Source: a virus. Taken from it: 16,913 bases of DNA. This document shows, piece after piece, positions 16,710-16,913 of the stretch. The stretch lies in UHGV virus genome UHGV-1580312; one strand, given 5' to 3'. Every line of letters starts with the position of its first letter. Within the stretch, counting starts at the first letter, position 1. Below the pieces are notes generated by a model, which saw only the letters and a program-made list of their open reading frames with translations, was not told where the DNA came from and ran no database searches. The position numbers and the translations under genes are program-made.

Positions 16710-16899
16710 CAGGCAGAATTGCCGGATTAACAAAAAAGCGATAGATTACGCGCGGGTGCCTTTCGGCTGATGGTCGGAGGGAATACCCGAAGGCCAGATG
16801 TGGAAAGGCCCCGGAAAACATCTCTGTTTAACCGAGGCCCTAACCGCATTACCTTGACAAGTGAAAGGTTAGCGCCTCTCCGGAAAAGGAGCAAGTGCT

Positions 16900-16913
16900 A
16901 TGTCGCAAAAATC
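16900..16913 (+). CDS. Possible 5' end of a gene running off the window (ATG TCG CAA AAA ...)
   Basis: ATG at 16900 preceded by AAAAGGAG with good spacing. Only four codons are visible. Confidence 0.2.

Noticed and set aside
16597-16821. Minus-strand 74-aa ORF overlapping the ogr 3' end
   Set aside because: It is antisense to a well-supported zinc-finger gene and extends into structured non-coding DNA, with no SD.
1-16913. CRISPR array, rRNA or tRNA genes
   Set aside because: No short direct-repeat/spacer periodicity and no recognisable tRNA cloverleaf or rRNA signature was seen by eye. The only repeats are the fibre cassette blocks and shaft repeats.

Overview
This window reads as the tail/late-gene end of a P2-like (Peduovirus-type) myovirus prophage, with three unusual points. 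All calls rest on reading the supplied ORF translations and the DNA by eye; no database search was run. Forward strand: gpR, gpS, gpV, gpW, gpJ, gpI and tail fibre gpH (225-5308). The usual single gpG chaperone position is occupied by a multi-cassette inversion system: four alternative tail-fibre C-terminal cassettes, each preceded by a 26-bp hix/gix-like crossover site (three direct at 4863, 5302, 5846; one inverted at 7407-7432), one tail-fibre assembly chaperone, and a Hin/Gin-family serine invertase (7487-8086). The sheath-tube-E/E'-tape measure-gpU block (8113-13688) lies on the minus strand, opposite to the canonical P2 order, converging on the invertase at a shared hairpin and diverging from gpD (13846-14955). 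Between gpD and an Ogr-type zinc-finger activator (16449-16709) sits a ~30% GC island with one 389-aa minus-strand ORF of unknown function, which is the best candidate for an uncharacterised accessory or anti-phage module. The multi-cassette fibre shufflon is the other high-interest item.
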